Shown here piece by piece: positions 42,638 through 52,386 of a DNA stretch of 64,000 nucleotides (position 1 is the first letter of the stretch; each line of letters begins with the position of its first letter). Source of the DNA: an uncultured Gammaproteobacteria bacterium (lineage in GTDB: Bacteria > Pseudomonadota > Gammaproteobacteria > DRLM01). Position numbers and translations under genes: made by a program. The stretch covers positions 87,318 through 151,317 of the forward strand of contig CAVSNY010000005.1 in the NCBI GenBank assembly GCA_963729605.1, written 5' to 3'. Below the pieces are notes generated by a model. It was given only the letters and a program-made list of their open reading frames with translations, had not been told where the DNA came from and did not search any database.

Positions 42638-43681
42638 ATGAGCAGTACGATATGTGGTTTCCTCCCCCCCGAATGGGCGCCGCAGAGCGGCGTCATCCTC
42701 ACCTGGCCCCACCCGCACAGCGATTGGCAGGATATCCTGCCCGCGGTCGAGCCGGTGTACGTGCAACTGGCCGGCCACATCGCGGCGCGTGAAAAGGTCC
42801 TGATCAATTGCTGGGACGCCGGCCACGCCGATCATGTCGCGCGATTATTGAAAAAAGCCGGCACCTATTTTCCCAATGTGATGCTGCACATCCTGCCGAC
42901 CAACGACACCTGGGTCCGCGATTACGGTCCCATCACCATCTTCCGGGAAGGCAAACCGGTGTTGCTGGATTTCATCTTCAACGGCTGGGGCAATAAATTT
43001 CCCGCGCCCCTGGATAACGAAGCGACTCAACGCATCCATCGCAACGAGATATTCGGCGCCGCCCAGCTGCGCCCGGTCAACTTGGTCTTGGAAGGCGGCA
43101 GCATCGAAGTGGACGGCCACGGCACCCTGCTCACCACCAGCCAATGCCTGCTCACCCCCACCCGCAACCCCCAACTCGATCGCGGCCAGGTCGAGGCGAC
43201 CCTGCGCGGTCTGCTGGGCACCACCCGCGTGTTGTGGCTGGAGCACGGCCATTTGGCGGGCGACGACACCGACAGCCACATCGACACCCTGGCCCGTTTC
43301 TGCGATCCGCACACCATCGCCTACGTGGCCTGCGACGACCCGGCCGACGAACACTACGACGACCTCAAACAGATGGAGGCGGAACTGCAAGCCTTCCGCG
43401 ACTATCAAGGCCAGCCCTACCGCCTGGTGCCCCTGCCCTGGCCGGCCGCCAAACGGGACGAGGACGGCCGGCGTCTCGCCGCCAGCTACGCCAACTTCCT
43501 CATCATCAACGGTGCCGTGCTGGTCCCGACCTACGACGATGCCGCCGACGCCGAGGCCTTGCGCCGGCTGCAAGCCTGCTTTCCGGACCGCGAGGTGATC
43601 GGCGTCGACTGTTTGCCGCTCATCAAACAAAACGGCAGTCTGCATTGCGTGACCATGCAATTGCCGGCCGGCGTCATGTAG
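42638..43681 (+). CDS. aguA: agmatine deiminase
   Basis: MSSTICGFLPPEWAPQSGVILTWPH...WVRDYGPI...EGGSIEVDGHGTLLTT...GSLHCVTMQLP. Catalytic Cys in GSLHCVT. ATG at 42638. Confidence 0.85.
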   Translation: MSSTICGFLPPEWAPQSGVILTWPHPHSDWQDILPAVEPVYVQLAGHIAAREKVLINCWDAGHADHVARLLKKAGTYFPNVMLHILPTNDTWVRDYGPITIFREGKPVLLDFIFNGWGNKFPAPLDNEATQRIHRNEIFGAAQLRPVNLVLEGGSIEVDGHGTLLTTSQCLLTPTRNPQLDRGQVEATLRGLLGTTRVLWLEHGHLAGDDTDSHIDTLARFCDPHTIAYVACDDPADEHYDDLKQMEAELQAFRDYQGQPYRLVPLPWPAAKRDEDGRRLAASYANFLIINGAVLVPTYDDAADAEALRRLQACFPDREVIGVDCLPLIKQNGSLHCVTMQLPAGVM

Positions 43682-43718
43682 CCGCATAATCCACGGCACT
43701 GCCACCAGGGGGATTCCC

Positions 43719-44612
43719 ATGAAACACCGCATGCTTACCGTCGGCCTGATCCAACACGCCTGCGGCGAAGACCGCGACGCCAACCTCGCCGCCACCGTCG
43801 CCGGCGTGCGCGAGGCGGCGCGGCAAGGCGCTCGACTGGTGCTGCTGCAAGAGCTGCACACCGGCCCCTATTTCTGCCAGCACGAGGAGACCGACTATTT
43901 CGATCGGGCGGAAACCCTGCCCGGCCCCAGCACCGACCTGCTGGGCGCGGTGGCGCGCGAACTTCAGGTAGTGATCGTCGCCTCGCTGTTCGAGCGCCGC
44001 GCGCCGGGCCTGTATCACAACACCGCCGTGGTGCTGGATCGGGACGGCGCCATCGCCGGCAAATACCGCAAGATGCACATCCCGGACGACCCCGGCTATT
44101 ACGAAAAATTCTATTTCACCCCTGGCGACCTCGGTTTCGAACCCATCGACACCAGCGTCGGGCGCCTCGGCGTGCTGGTGTGCTGGGATCAGTGGTTCCC
44201 GGAAGCGGCGCGGCTGATGGCCCTGGCCGGCGCCGACCTGCTGCTCTACCCCACCGCCATCGGCTGGAATCCGCCCGACGACGCCGCGGAAAAGGCCCGC
44301 CAGCGCGAGGCGTGGATCACCATTCAACGGGCCCATGCCGTGGCCAATGGTTTACCGGTGCTGGTCTGCAACCGAGTGGGTTACGAGCCAGATCCCTCGG
44401 CTCAAACCGAAGGCATCCAATTCTGGGGCAATAGCTTCGTCACGGGGCCGCAGGGCGAATTACTCGCCGCTGCCGGCGAGCAGGCGGCCGTGCTGGTCAC
44501 CCAAGTGGATATGGCCCGCAGCGAAGCGGTGCGGCGCATCTGGCCCTATCTGCGCGATCGGCGTATCGACGCCTATCAGGCCCTCACCCTGCGTTATCGC
44601 GATCCGCGCTGA
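43719..44612 (+). CDS. aguB: N-carbamoylputrescine amidase (nitrilase superfamily)
   Basis: CN-hydrolase E-K-C triad context: LVLLQEL (Glu), GKYRKMHIPDD (Lys), GVLVCWDQWFPE (Cys). Adjacent to aguA. Confidence 0.85.
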   Translation: MKHRMLTVGLIQHACGEDRDANLAATVAGVREAARQGARLVLLQELHTGPYFCQHEETDYFDRAETLPGPSTDLLGAVARELQVVIVASLFERRAPGLYHNTAVVLDRDGAIAGKYRKMHIPDDPGYYEKFYFTPGDLGFEPIDTSVGRLGVLVCWDQWFPEAARLMALAGADLLLYPTAIGWNPPDDAAEKARQREAWITIQRAHAVANGLPVLVCNRVGYEPDPSAQTEGIQFWGNSFVTGPQGELLAAAGEQAAVLVTQVDMARSEAVRRIWPYLRDRRIDAYQALTLRYRDPR

Positions 44613-44763
44613 AGACGCGCGTTTGAAAATCCGGCACGCGGCAAAACCGCGATCAACTCGGGTTCCGCTGCGAGGATCTCGCCGACTTTCTCCTGCGCCC
44701 CTTTTAATCCATGCGGCGTTATACTTAACACATCTTCCACTGGCCGCCCGATAGGAACACGTC

Positions 44764-45885
44764 ATGATCGTCATCTTGGAATCCAATATCGATAAAAACG
44801 GCGAGCGTTACACCAGCTTGATGAACCGTCTCTCCCAGCTGCCCAATGTCCAGGTCCGGGTGCATGAAGAAGTGGGCACCCAACACGTGTTGACCGAGCT
44901 GTATCTGATCGGCAATACCTCTGCCTTGCCGATGGATGAAATCCAGTCTTTACCCGGCGTGGAACAAGTCGTGCGGATCTCGGGCGCTTACCGGGTATTG
45001 GGCCGCCACAAGAACGACAGCCGCTCCAGCCACTTCGAATACAACGGCGTCAAATTCAGTCAGGACACTCTCAATATCTTCGCCGGGTTGTGCGCGGTCG
45101 ATACGCCCGAACACGTGGAAATCATGATGCGCGCCCTGCGGGAACACGGACTGGTCTGCACGCGCATGGGGGCCTACAAGCCCCGCACCAATCCCTATTC
45201 GTTCCAAGGCCACGGCAAAAACTGCATGCCCTATGTCTTCGAGCTGGCGGGTAAATACGGCATCAAGGTGATCGCCATGGAAGTCACCTCCGAACAACAT
45301 ATCCACGAGATCAACGAAGCGTTGGAACAGACCGGCCGGCCCACCGGGATCATGCTGCAAATCGGTACCCGCAACACCCAGAACTTCGAGTTGTTGAAGG
45401 CCGTAGGGCGCCAGCAGGAATTTCCGGTGTTGATCAAACGGGGTTTCGGCATCACCCTGGAAGAGTCCCTCAACGCCGCCGAATATCTCGCCAGCGAAGG
45501 CAACCGCAAAGTGGTGTTCTGCCTGCGCGGCATGAAGACCAATATGGGCGACCCCCATCGCAACCTGGTGGATTTCGCCCACGTCCCGGTGGTCAAACGG
45601 CTCACCCGCATGCCGGTATGCATCGACCCCTCCCACTCGGTGGGGACCCGCGATCGCTCGTGCGACGACATCCTCGATCTCGTCCATGTCACCGCCCAGG
45701 GCGTCATCGCCGGCGCCAACATGGTCCTGGTCGATTTCCACCCCGCGCCGGAGAAGGCGTTGGTCGACGGCCCGCAAGCCCTGCGCCTGCCGGAACTGCC
45801 CTATTTCCTGGAAGACATCCAACTGGCGCGCCAGGCCTATGAGGCACGCACCGCCCTGGTCAAGCGCTACGAAACCACGGCCTGA
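44764..45885 (+). CDS. second, divergent type I-beta DAHP synthase paralog with extended N-terminal regulatory domain
   Basis: Contains GLCAVDTPE, RMGAYKPRTNPYSFQGHG, LQIGTRNTQNFELL, VLIKRGFG, CIDPSHSVG and VDFHPAPEKALVDGPQAL. Same family as 21218-22234 but divergent, with a 373-aa length and a unique insert KTNMGDPHRNLVD. Confidence 0.75.
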   Translation: MIVILESNIDKNGERYTSLMNRLSQLPNVQVRVHEEVGTQHVLTELYLIGNTSALPMDEIQSLPGVEQVVRISGAYRVLGRHKNDSRSSHFEYNGVKFSQDTLNIFAGLCAVDTPEHVEIMMRALREHGLVCTRMGAYKPRTNPYSFQGHGKNCMPYVFELAGKYGIKVIAMEVTSEQHIHEINEALEQTGRPTGIMLQIGTRNTQNFELLKAVGRQQEFPVLIKRGFGITLEESLNAAEYLASEGNRKVVFCLRGMKTNMGDPHRNLVDFAHVPVVKRLTRMPVCIDPSHSVGTRDRSCDDILDLVHVTAQGVIAGANMVLVDFHPAPEKALVDGPQALRLPELPYFLEDIQLARQAYEARTALVKRYETTA

Positions 45886-46165
45886 GCAACCACCACGGAC
45901 AGGCATTCAGACCCTCAGATGAACTATATTTACCGTCACTACTTGGATAGACAGAGACTTAGAAAGAAACTGGCCCGGCCTCAATCTCCACAACCGGGTC
46001 AAACTGGGGGTTAACCGCCACATCCACGATTACAACTAACCCTACGGCGTATTGCGATGACCCAGCGGCCGTGCTCGCAGCGGCCCCACGCCACCCTTCA
46101 ATCCGACGACTCGATTTCAAACATGCGGCTACGCAGCACAAGAGGCGGACGACCCGGAATCACCA

Positions 46166-46848
46166 TGAACGAGCAAGACCCATCCCTGGCGTGGCTCACG
46201 CAATTCCCGCCGCTCGAGGCGGTGCGCGACGAGACCTGTCTCAAACTGCTGGCCACCGCTCAAGCCATCCGCATCAAAAAAGGCGGCCGGGTCTTTGAAG
46301 ACGGCGCCCCCTGCGACCGCTATTTATTAATTCTGAAAGGGTCGATCCGGGTGCAGAAAATCACGCCGGGCGGCCATGAAATCGTGCTCCATCATGTGGG
46401 CCCCGGCCAGTCTTGCGAATTGGCCACCGCGTGCATCATCGGTCAACACGCGTATCCCGCCCAGGCCGTCGCCGAAACCGCGGTGCAAGCCATCTCTATT
46501 TCCCGCCCCCATTTCGATGAGCTGATCGCGCACTGTCCGCCCTTTCGCGACATGGTCTATCAACATGTCGAACGCGGCATCAGCGAATTGATCTCATTAG
46601 TCGAGGAAGTGGCCTTCGGCCACATGGACGCGCGCCTGGCCCACTGCTTGTTGCGGCAAGCCAATGGCGGACAGAACGTCACCATGACCCATCACGGTTT
46701 AGCCGCCGAACTGGGCTCGGCGCGCGAGGTGGTGAGCAGGCTGCTTAAAAAATTCGAGCGTCACGGCTGGGTCCGTCTGCATCGGGGCTACATCGACCTG
46801 CTCGACAAGGAGGCGCTGCGGCGGCTGGCCGATAAAACCTTCGAGTGA
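46166..46848 (+). CDS. Crp/Fnr-family transcriptional regulator (cNMP-binding domain plus C-terminal HTH)
   Basis: cNMP-binding beta-roll (IKKGGRVFEDGAPCDRYLLILKGSIRV...GPGQSCELA) and C-terminal HTH (MTHHGLAAELGSAREVVSRLLKKFERHGWV). There is no N-terminal Cys cluster, so it is not a classic FNR. Confidence 0.8.
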
Positions 46849-46907
46849 AATTTTACCGCCAGCCGCCGGCCTTCCGCCGACATGACTCACCCCGTGAGCC
46901 GCGTTTC

Positions 46908-47030
46908 ATCTTAAAATTTCCCGCGGCTTGCCGCGAGGGCCAGGTGATGGCGGCGACGCGGCGCGATTCTCTCCATTCAGCACGCGAGGGGGAGCGCGGC
47001 GAGGGGTGCATCCCCCGGGCGCGGTCAGAA
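46908..47030. repeat. ~120-bp dispersed repeat, family 2, copy B (between the convergent crp-like and PAS-GGDEF-EAL genes)
   Basis: ATCTTAAAATTTCCCGCGGCTTGCCGCGAGGGCCAGGTGATGG...GCGCGGCGAGGGGTGCATCCCCCGGGCGCGGTCAGA. See copy A. Confidence 0.5.
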
Positions 47031-47034
47031 CGAT

Positions 47035-50000
47035 TTATTCAGCCCCCTCGCCGTTCGCCAAGTAGAACCGTTCCCAATCGATGCCACCGTGATTGTCTTG
47101 CCTCAGCAATTCGGTGACGGCGTCGACCGGCAGGGGTTTGCTGAATACAAAACCCTGTATCGCGACGCAGGAACCGCGCACGAACTCCAATTGCTCCCTG
47201 GTTTCCACGCCTTCCGCGATGACATCCAGTTTGAGGGTCTTGGCCATGGCGATAATTGCTTGCACGATCGCCGTGTCATCGGGGTTGATGATGACATCGC
47301 GTATAAACGAACCGTCGATTTTCAGGGTGTCGATCGGCAAACGCTTCAAATAGCTCAGCGAAGAATAACCCGTACCGAAATCGTCGATTGAAATCTGGAT
47401 TCCCGCCATGCTGAGGCCGCGCAAGGTTTCCTGGGAATTGTTTTCATTGTTCATCAATAGGCTTTCGGTGATCTCGAGCCCTACCCAATTACTACTTAAA
47501 TCGATTTCCTCGAGCAAATCCATCACGATTTTTTTGAGACAGGTCGCATCAAATTGGCGGCTGGAAAGATTGATAGAGACCCGAATCGGGGAAAAGCCCA
47601 TTTTTTGCCATTTTTTAGCCTGGCATAAAGCGGCCTGCAGCACCCATTCGCCCACAGAGATGATCAAGCCGGTTTCTTCCAACAAGGAAATGAATTGACC
47701 CGGTAAAAGCAGGCCCAATTCGGGATGCCGCCAACGCAGCAAGGCCTCGACGCCGACGATTTTACCGGTCGTCGATGAGACTTGCGGCTGATAATAAATC
47801 AAGAATTCATCCCGCTTCAGGGCATGGCGTAAATTGGTTTCGAGATTAAGCCGCTCAAAGGCCCTCACGCTCATATCCGACGAATAAAACTGATAGTTGT
47901 TCCTTCCCAATTCCTTGGCCCGGTACATGGCGATATCCGCATTGCGAATCAAGGTCGCCGCGTCGACCCCGTCGGCGGGATTAAGGCTGATCCCGATACT
48001 GCCTGTAACGAACAATTCCTTGCCGTCCGTTTGAAAAGGCAAGGTGAGGCTGTCGAGTATTTTTCGGCAGATCGGCGCGACGTCTTCGCTGGCGGTAATA
48101 TCCTCGAGCAGGATCACGAATTCATCGCCGGCCAATCGCGCCACCGTATCGCCTTCACGCAAACATTTGACGATGCGCTCGGAAAACATCTTCAGCAAAC
48201 GATCGCCGATATCATGGCCCAGGGTGTCGTTGATGATCTTGAAGCGGTCCAAATCTATGAACAATACGGCCAGGAATTTATTGGGATCGCGCTGCCTGGC
48301 CAGGGCATGATTCAAACGATCGACGAACAGGCCGCGGTTAGGCAACTGGGTGAGCAGGTCATGATAGGCGAGATGATAAATCCGCTCCTGGGTCTGCATG
48401 CGCTCGGTGATGTCTTTACCCGTGGAAATGAAATGGGTGATATGGCCCTTGGCGTCCTTGAGCGGGGTGATGGTTTTTTCCTCGTAATATAACTCGCCGC
48501 TTTTCTTGCGATTGATGATGATGTCCTGAAATACCTCGCCCTTGAGGATGGTGTCCCACAGATATTTATAAAACTTGTCGTCGTGCTTATAGGATTTGAT
48601 GATGTTGCTGGACTTTCCCTTCACCTCGAGAAAACCATAGCCGGTGATGACCTCGAAGGCCGGGTTGACGTATTCGACCAGACCATTCTTGTCGGTGATC
48701 AACACCACATCCGCCGTTTGTTCAAGCGCGCTGGAGAGCTTCTTCATCTGCTCCTTGGCGTGGGCCTGCTCGTCGAGATGTTGCTGGCGCTCGATCTCGA
48801 CGGCGATGCGCTGGCCGAAAATACGCAGTAATCCGAGATCTTCCTCGGAGAAGATATGCGGATTGCTGTCCAGCAGGCAGGTGATCGCCACCACCTTGCC
48901 ATCGCTGTCCAGCGCGGGAAACCCGCAATAGGAATAGGCCTCGTAATCCTTGAGAAATTCCGCCTCGGGGAATTTATCGATGACGTTGTCGTAAATCCGC
49001 ACATCTTTCGACGCCACCACCGACGCGCAAGGCGTGGTCGCGAGCGGATGGGAACCGGGGTTGCTGATCATTTCACCATCGATATAGAGACTCACGAAGT
49101 GCATCTCTTCGCCGCGGATAATCGACAGGCAGACGATCCGCACGTCCAGCAACTCACCGATCATGCGCGCGACGTTCTGAAAAACATCGGTCGGATCGCC
49201 GGACAGGGTCAGGCTCAATTCAGTCAATCGCTTCAAGCGTAAATTGCGCGCCGCGGCCTGGAGTTCGGCCTTGCGCCGGTCGGTGATATCCTCATAGGTG
49301 CTGAGCATCCCGATAATATTATTCTTGAGATCGGTAAGCGGCACCCGATTGGCGCTGAACCAGACGTTTTTTCCGCCGGGCAAGGTATGCCGGGCCTCAT
49401 GATTGAGTTTGGATACACCGGATTCCATGACCTCCCTGTCGTCGGCCCGATACAGCTCCGCCTGCTCGCGGTCGCTGAGGTCGTAATCATTCTTACCAAA
49501 TATCGCCTCTTGGGAATCGAGACCGGCGTCTCGCGCGAAAAGGCGGTTACAACCCAGATAAGTCTGATTGCGGTCTTTCCAGGCCACGCGCACCGGAATC
49601 GAATCCAATACCAACTGCAACATCTTTTGCGATTCCAGCAAGGCCTCTTCGGCCAATTTGCGCGAGGTGATATCGTGCCCGCTGGCGACGATCCCCGAAG
49701 GTTCGCCGTTTATATCGAGCGTGCGTATGACATACCAGGAGATCACCCGCCTGACCCCGGCGCGGGTAATGATTTCATTTTCAAACCCGCGGGTCGGCGT
49801 GCCCGCCAATACCTTTTTCATATCGGCGGCGACCGCTTCGTGAATTTCCTCGGGCAGAAAAAGTTTGAAATAGTTTTTGCCGAGCACCTCCTGGCGACTC
49901 ATCCCGTAGAGATCTTCGGCGGCGGGATTGAATTCCAGCAGCAAACCCCGAGGATCCAGATAGACGACGATGCTTTCCGTGGATTCAACGAAGGCTCGAT

Positions 50001-50433
50001 AACGTTTGTCGCTTTCCACCAACAGCGATTCGGCTTTTTTACGTTCGCTGATATCGGAGAGGATGCCATCCAGATAATGCGCCTGGGCCCCTTTTTTGAT
50101 ATTGGCCTGGCCGTTCTCCGCCACCCATCTCACCGCGCCATGCGCGTCGACCAGCCGGTATTCCAGGCTATACTCGGACCTTTGCTCGATGGCCTGCCGT
50201 CTGGCGATTTTTACCATCGCCGCATCGTCGACATGCGCCATCTGGATATAAGAGCGTTTATCGCGGTAAACGAAATCGGCGGCGGTGATACCGGTGATGG
50301 TCTCGATCTGGTCACTGACATAATCCAGCCGCCAATTATCTTCACCGAGATATTCGTCGCGAAAAATAGCACCGGGAATGTTGTTCATCAAAGAGCGTAA
50401 ATAGTCTTCCATATCACGCGTATCATCAAACAT
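47035..50433 (-). CDS. multidomain c-di-GMP signalling protein: multiple PAS/PAC plus GAF sensors, GGDEF and EAL domains
   Basis: The GGDEF domain has a GDEF variant (RLAGDEFVILL). EAL motifs present are EALLRW, QPQV, EITES and DDFGTGYSS. Several PAS/PAC blocks lie upstream. 1132 aa. Confidence 0.9.
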   Translation of the reverse strand: MFDDTRDMEDYLRSLMNNIPGAIFRDEYLGEDNWRLDYVSDQIETITGITAADFVYRDKRSYIQMAHVDDAAMVKIARRQAIEQRSEYSLEYRLVDAHGAVRWVAENGQANIKKGAQAHYLDGILSDISERKKAESLLVESDKRYRAFVESTESIVVYLDPRGLLLEFNPAAEDLYGMSRQEVLGKNYFKLFLPEEIHEAVAADMKKVLAGTPTRGFENEIITRAGVRRVISWYVIRTLDINGEPSGIVASGHDITSRKLAEEALLESQKMLQLVLDSIPVRVAWKDRNQTYLGCNRLFARDAGLDSQEAIFGKNDYDLSDREQAELYRADDREVMESGVSKLNHEARHTLPGGKNVWFSANRVPLTDLKNNIIGMLSTYEDITDRRKAELQAAARNLRLKRLTELSLTLSGDPTDVFQNVARMIGELLDVRIVCLSIIRGEEMHFVSLYIDGEMISNPGSHPLATTPCASVVASKDVRIYDNVIDKFPEAEFLKDYEAYSYCGFPALDSDGKVVAITCLLDSNPHIFSEEDLGLLRIFGQRIAVEIERQQHLDEQAHAKEQMKKLSSALEQTADVVLITDKNGLVEYVNPAFEVITGYGFLEVKGKSSNIIKSYKHDDKFYKYLWDTILKGEVFQDIIINRKKSGELYYEEKTITPLKDAKGHITHFISTGKDITERMQTQERIYHLAYHDLLTQLPNRGLFVDRLNHALARQRDPNKFLAVLFIDLDRFKIINDTLGHDIGDRLLKMFSERIVKCLREGDTVARLAGDEFVILLEDITASEDVAPICRKILDSLTLPFQTDGKELFVTGSIGISLNPADGVDAATLIRNADIAMYRAKELGRNNYQFYSSDMSVRAFERLNLETNLRHALKRDEFLIYYQPQVSSTTGKIVGVEALLRWRHPELGLLLPGQFISLLEETGLIISVGEWVLQAALCQAKKWQKMGFSPIRVSINLSSRQFDATCLKKIVMDLLEEIDLSSNWVGLEITESLLMNNENNSQETLRGLSMAGIQISIDDFGTGYSSLSYLKRLPIDTLKIDGSFIRDVIINPDDTAIVQAIIAMAKTLKLDVIAEGVETREQLEFVRGSCVAIQGFVFSKPLPVDAVTELLRQDNHGGIDWERFYLANGEGAE

Positions 50434-50474
50434 ATCGTTCTCGTTTCTATTGCTTGATGAGTTCTACCCTTTCG

Positions 50475-50532
50475 CGCGGATACCGTATCCGCCAACGATA
50501 CCTTTCCGCGGAGATACCGTTTCCGCCAACGA
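50475..50532. promoter_or_regulatory. imperfect 25-27-bp direct repeat pair upstream of the PAS-GGDEF-EAL gene, a candidate operator
   Basis: gcggataccgtatccgccaacgata (50475-50499) and gcggagataccgtttccgccaacgata (50506-50532), 40-100 bp upstream of the minus-strand start at 50433. The first contains the palindrome GATACCGTATC. Confidence 0.3.
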
Positions 50533-51340
50533 TATTTTTTCGTGAGGTGCCGGCCGGCGGTCGGCCGTGAAAAACGCAATAGATAATTTTTTTATAAACA
50601 TCTCATCCCCCCATAGAGTCGGCCATTAGCCCCAGATATCTCGTTTTAAGAAATGCCACCACCCCGCCGCCGGTCTTGAAGCCGGTTAATACTACTCCGT
50701 GCGGCGAAATCACCACCTCGTCCTCCACGAGATCGAAGACATCCGGCCATCGGCCGCCGCATAGATTTAAAAAAATTTTCCATGATCGCCATTGTACGAG
50801 ACATGGTTGGTTCGAGTGGAGACGGAAGGATTTTCAACTGCGGAGGTGTTGCGCATGCCGGGCACTTGCCGCTATACCTTATCCGTAATAAGGGCATCAG
50901 CAGCGCCTTGAGCCGTCGCTGAATTTTTCTGTGCATTCAATCCGACTGACGCACTCTCGCGATGCGAAGTTCCACTGCAAGAATTGGGGTTGATAAAGTT
51001 TTGCCAGAGGAACGGCTATCGGCCGCTGTTTAAGTAAAAGCCAATTATTCAACGTCTTGGCGATTTGCGGCAACCGGGCGTCGCTGCTCGCGTTAGAGGG
51101 CTTCTGTGAGCCCGTTATCTTAACCGTGCATACGCTCATGGATGGATCCACATGGATCACCATAGCATATGCGTATATGCTGTATTACGCAATGCGTCAA
51201 AGCATCGTTCACGCATCACTCAATGCGAATAAGCCCCAACCTAGAATTATTTTAAGAAAGCTCTGAATAAATCAGAGTCTCCTTAATTAAACCTTGAAAG
51301 TCCAACGCCCGTTACGCGCACGGACATCTGTTTCATTTCA

Positions 51341-52375
51341 TCATGCGGGCCGCGACATCACCAACTCGCGCAAGACCGCGGTTGCATAACAACCAGCGGG
51401 CAAATCGAAACCGAGTTGCAGCATATTATCGTTCTGCCGCCACTCGACGGCGCGCGGCACCAGACGCAAGGCCCGCCGCTCCATCTCTAAACCGCCATGC
51501 GCCAAGGCCTCGCGATCTTCACTCAACGAGGCCAGACTTTCTTCTTCGATACGGCGCGCCTCCGCGCGGCTCGGCAAGTCACCCCGGCCCCACAATGGGC
51601 CACTGGGATGGATGTCGTGCTCGGCAAGCCGGCGCAATACCACCTCATCAATCGTCTCGGCCACGAAAAAACTTCGGGTACCCTCGAGCATCATCACATC
51701 ACCGGCTATGGCGCGGCACCATGTCCCGTCTATCACCCGCTGGGCCAGCACCGTATTGAACAAATGCGAACGCAAGGCCGAGAGATAGATGCCGCGCTCG
51801 AAGCGGTCGCGTATTTGAATGGTACCCGCCAGCATCTGCCGCGCGCGGTTGACGTTGTCATGGCCGAAACGTTGTTCGCCGAAATAATTGGGGACGCCGC
51901 CCTCGATGACGGATTGAATCCGCGCCGGCAACCCGGCCGCGTCGCCGCGCGGCTCACGCACCACGATATTGAAACGGTTGCCGGTCAACGCGCCGCGCCG
52001 CAGCTTGCGGTTATGCCGCCGCGCCGCCGACACCGTGAGCCGTTCGCTGTTCAACAACGTCCAATCGGGATCGGGCTTGCCCGGTAAGGGCACGGAAAAC
52101 CATTGGCTGGTGACGGCGTGGCGATCCTTGAGTCCGGCATAGCCGATATCGCGCAAAGGGACGGCGGCATGACGCGCGATGAGACGCGCGGCGTCGGGGG
52201 TGTTGATGCCGCGCTTGCGCACTTGCAGCAAGACGTGATCGCCGGCGCCGGAGGGCTCGAAACCCAGCAGCTCGTCGACCACGAAATCTTCCGGCCGCGC
52301 GCGCAGCACGCCGCCGAGCGACGGCGCGCCGTAGGCATAAGGCAATTCGGGCACGGCGTTCATGGTGGAGACCAA
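51341..52375 (-). CDS. truD: tRNA pseudouridine(13) synthase
   Basis: TruD family: catalytic GLKDRHAVTSQWFS (Asp in GxKD) and FGEQRFG. Conserved position next to ispF. Confidence 0.85.
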   Translation of the reverse strand: MVSTMNAVPELPYAYGAPSLGGVLRARPEDFVVDELLGFEPSGAGDHVLLQVRKRGINTPDAARLIARHAAVPLRDIGYAGLKDRHAVTSQWFSVPLPGKPDPDWTLLNSERLTVSAARRHNRKLRRGALTGNRFNIVVREPRGDAAGLPARIQSVIEGGVPNYFGEQRFGHDNVNRARQMLAGTIQIRDRFERGIYLSALRSHLFNTVLAQRVIDGTWCRAIAGDVMMLEGTRSFFVAETIDEVVLRRLAEHDIHPSGPLWGRGDLPSRAEARRIEEESLASLSEDREALAHGGLEMERRALRLVPRAVEWRQNDNMLQLGFDLPAGCYATAVLRELVMSRPA

Positions 52376-52386
52376 TCCAAAATTTA

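Noticed and set aside
45886-46165. Possible FNR/CRP box upstream of the crp-like gene (TGCGA-N17-TCGCA)
   Set aside because: The spacing and half-sites do not match TTGAT-N4-ATCAA or TGTGA-N6-TCACA.
50800-50830. tRNA-like T-arm similarity (ggttggttcgagtgg)
   Set aside because: It lacks the GGTTCGAnTCC consensus and any acceptor or anticodon stem context.
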